DNA from: Balanoglossus misakiensis
Taxonomy: Eukaryota; Animalia; Hemichordata
NCBI GenBank assembly: GCA_040954595.2
Contig: JBECUI020000027.1
Location: 1 to 64,000 of the forward strand
DNA length: 64,000 bases
Reading direction: 5' to 3'
The position numbers and the translations under genes are program-made. The notes beneath the pieces are model-generated. The model had not been told where the DNA came from and did not search any database. It worked only from the letters and a program-made list of their open reading frames with translations. Positions 62,453 to 64,000 of this stretch are shown one piece after another; the stretch's first letter is position 1, and the number at the start of each line of letters is the position of its first letter.

Positions 62453-62482
62453 GGTAGCGCATAATACGTTTCGCACATTTTT
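62453..62482 (-). mobile_element. IS256-family terminal IR remnant
   Basis: Reverse complement AAAAATGTGCGAAACGTATTATGCGCTACC resembles the IR at 57027-57053. Confidence 0.55.
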
Positions 62483-62910
62483 GGAGGGGGTAAAAATTGA
62501 TTCCATAAATCTTAAAGGTATGTGATACGTGAGCAACTTATCCTGCTGGATAGCTTTTGAGGACAGGTTTAGTTTGTTCCAAGCACAGCACTATGGGCAG
62601 GCAGGTACACGTAGACCGGGCCCTCCTGCTTCAAGGTCTATGCTTAATTCTCCAAGTGTCTTAAGTCTTTTGGCTAGTACTCTCTGTTTTCCTGCTCTCC
62701 TTCTATTGGAAGAAAAGAAGAAGTTTCAGCAATGGTTTTTACGACTCTACGTTCCCCCACAGCTATAAAAAGATTGCTAAGATCGGTAAGATAAGAAGAT
62801 TCTTCTTATCTACAAAGGTAAAATACGGTTAATCGTAACGTGCATTCGAATAATCCTGCGTATGTAACGAAAATTCTTGAGACGTCAACATGGAGAAGAA
62901 AGGTACCGGC

Positions 62911-64000
62911 ATGATGGAAACTTTGTATGAAAACGGCAATCTGCTCACCATGGACCCGGAGCATCCTCATGCCGAAGCACTCCTGGTCAGGGGAGAACAC
63001 ATTGTCTACGTTGGAAACAGCAGAACGGCCCAGGGCCTTATGGGGCCTGGAACCTCCCGGGTAGATCTTGCTGGAGACACCCTTATCCCAGGCTTTAACG
63101 ACAACCATATCCATAGCGTATTTGCCGGCCGCCGCTACAGTAGCTTGGATCTTTCAGGTCTGGATCTTTACCAGATCATTGACGCTTTAAAAGATTTCTA
63201 TCCTCAACCCCGTCCAAGACAGCTTCTGGAAGGGGCAAACTGGGACTACCCTTGCTGTCCCCGGCCTGACAAGAGTGCACTAGACCAAGCCTTCCCCCAT
63301 AACCCAGTCATCCTCAGTCAGTATGGGGGGCATGGCATATGGGCAAATTCTCTTGGACTCCGGCTTATGGGTATCTTTCACTGGTCAAAAGATCCCCCAG
63401 GCGGCAAGATCTTCAGAAACGAAGAGGGAGAACCCACTGGTATAGTGCAAGAACCAAAACATATTGGCATGGGGCTCATTCGCCATGCTTTACGGTATTG
63501 GGGGAGGAGATGGGCCTATGAGCAATTGATGGTTTCGTTAAGACTCTTCCGCCAAGTAGGCATTACCAGCGTCCAGGATAATACCTGGTTCCCTCCCCAC
63601 GTTCAGGCCCTTAAGGCTCTGGCTGAGAAGGGACTTTTGACAAGCAGGTTTTCTTGCTGGCATTTGGGAATAGTGCCCCTGCTCGATGCCCTTATGAGAT
63701 TCCAGCAGTTTCGCCCCCCTCTTTATGGCAGAGGCCCGATAAAGTATTTTTTAGATGGGACTTTTTCTTCTCGTAGCGCCTGGCTCACTCAAGACTACAA
63801 TGATAGCCTAGGGAGCTCCGGCCAGGGTAAAAATAGACAGACTATTCTCCGGTGGCTCCGAATTTTGAACAGGCGAGGTCGGCAAGGGGCCTTTCATGCC
63901 ATTGGCGACAGGGCTGTAAAAACTTTTTTAGATGCCTTGGCCATCCTCTATAAACAACACCCCGAAGCTCGGAAGCTCCGCTTCAGGCTGGAACATGCTC
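62911..64000 (+). CDS. Amidohydrolase_3 (YtcJ-like) metal-dependent hydrolase, runs off window
   Basis: MMETLYENGNLLTMD, VDLAGDTLIPGFNDNHIH, GITSVQD, KYFLDG, AFHAIGDRAV, FRLEHA; missing from the ORF track because there is no stop in the window. Confidence 0.9.
   Translation, partial: MMETLYENGNLLTMDPEHPHAEALLVRGEHIVYVGNSRTAQGLMGPGTSRVDLAGDTLIPGFNDNHIHSVFAGRRYSSLDLSGLDLYQIIDALKDFYPQPRPRQLLEGANWDYPCCPRPDKSALDQAFPHNPVILSQYGGHGIWANSLGLRLMGIFHWSKDPPGGKIFRNEEGEPTGIVQEPKHIGMGLIRHALRYWGRRWAYEQLMVSLRLFRQVGITSVQDNTWFPPHVQALKALAEKGLLTSRFSCWHLGIVPLLDALMRFQQFRPPLYGRGPIKYFLDGTFSSRSAWLTQDYNDSLGSSGQGKNRQTILRWLRILNRRGRQGAFHAIGDRAVKTFLDALAILYKQHPEARKLRFRLEHA

Noticed and set aside
61957-62768. ORFs 61957-62325 and 62529-62768
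   Set aside because: No recognisable motifs or RBS; they overlap or adjoin the operator and IS-end remnants
401-63521. Numerous short antisense or overlapping ORFs in the track
   Set aside because: They are shadows of well-supported genes on the opposite strand or in another frame

Overview
This is probably a Spirochaetia chromosome, judged from the lptC-lptA-lptB-rpoN order, the spirochaete-style solute-binding-protein N-termini and a lipobox. The higher-GC backbone (1-11.7 kb and from about 62.5 kb) carries a candidate sulfonolipid (capnine) biosynthesis cluster: cysD-cysN-cysteate synthase-CapB/SulA-like acyltransferase, with an SDR and a VOC protein nearby, next to the Lpt operon. After tRNA-Leu(CAG) comes a mosaic region of about 51 kb. 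It contains nutrient-uptake modules: sulfatase/sugar ABC, 5'-nucleotidase, PotABCD-like ABC with a deaminase, two-component/ABC/GH127, GDPD/IMPase ABC, Na/Pi, and a frameshifted TRAP/M24 module. Between them lie IS remnants (rve, IS481-like, IS256) and trimmed pieces of what look like other bacteria's core chromosomes: a damaged tRNA-His, an internally deleted thrC, an rpmB fragment and a second tRNA-Leu. There are two partial near-identical duplications, two GTAG-REP hairpin tandem arrays (period 151-159 bp) and a perfect 10 x 11-bp repeat. Frameshifts in housekeeping genes (a homopolymer indel in lptB, breaks in rpoN) point to uncorrected indel errors, so some frameshifts and junctions may be assembly artefacts.
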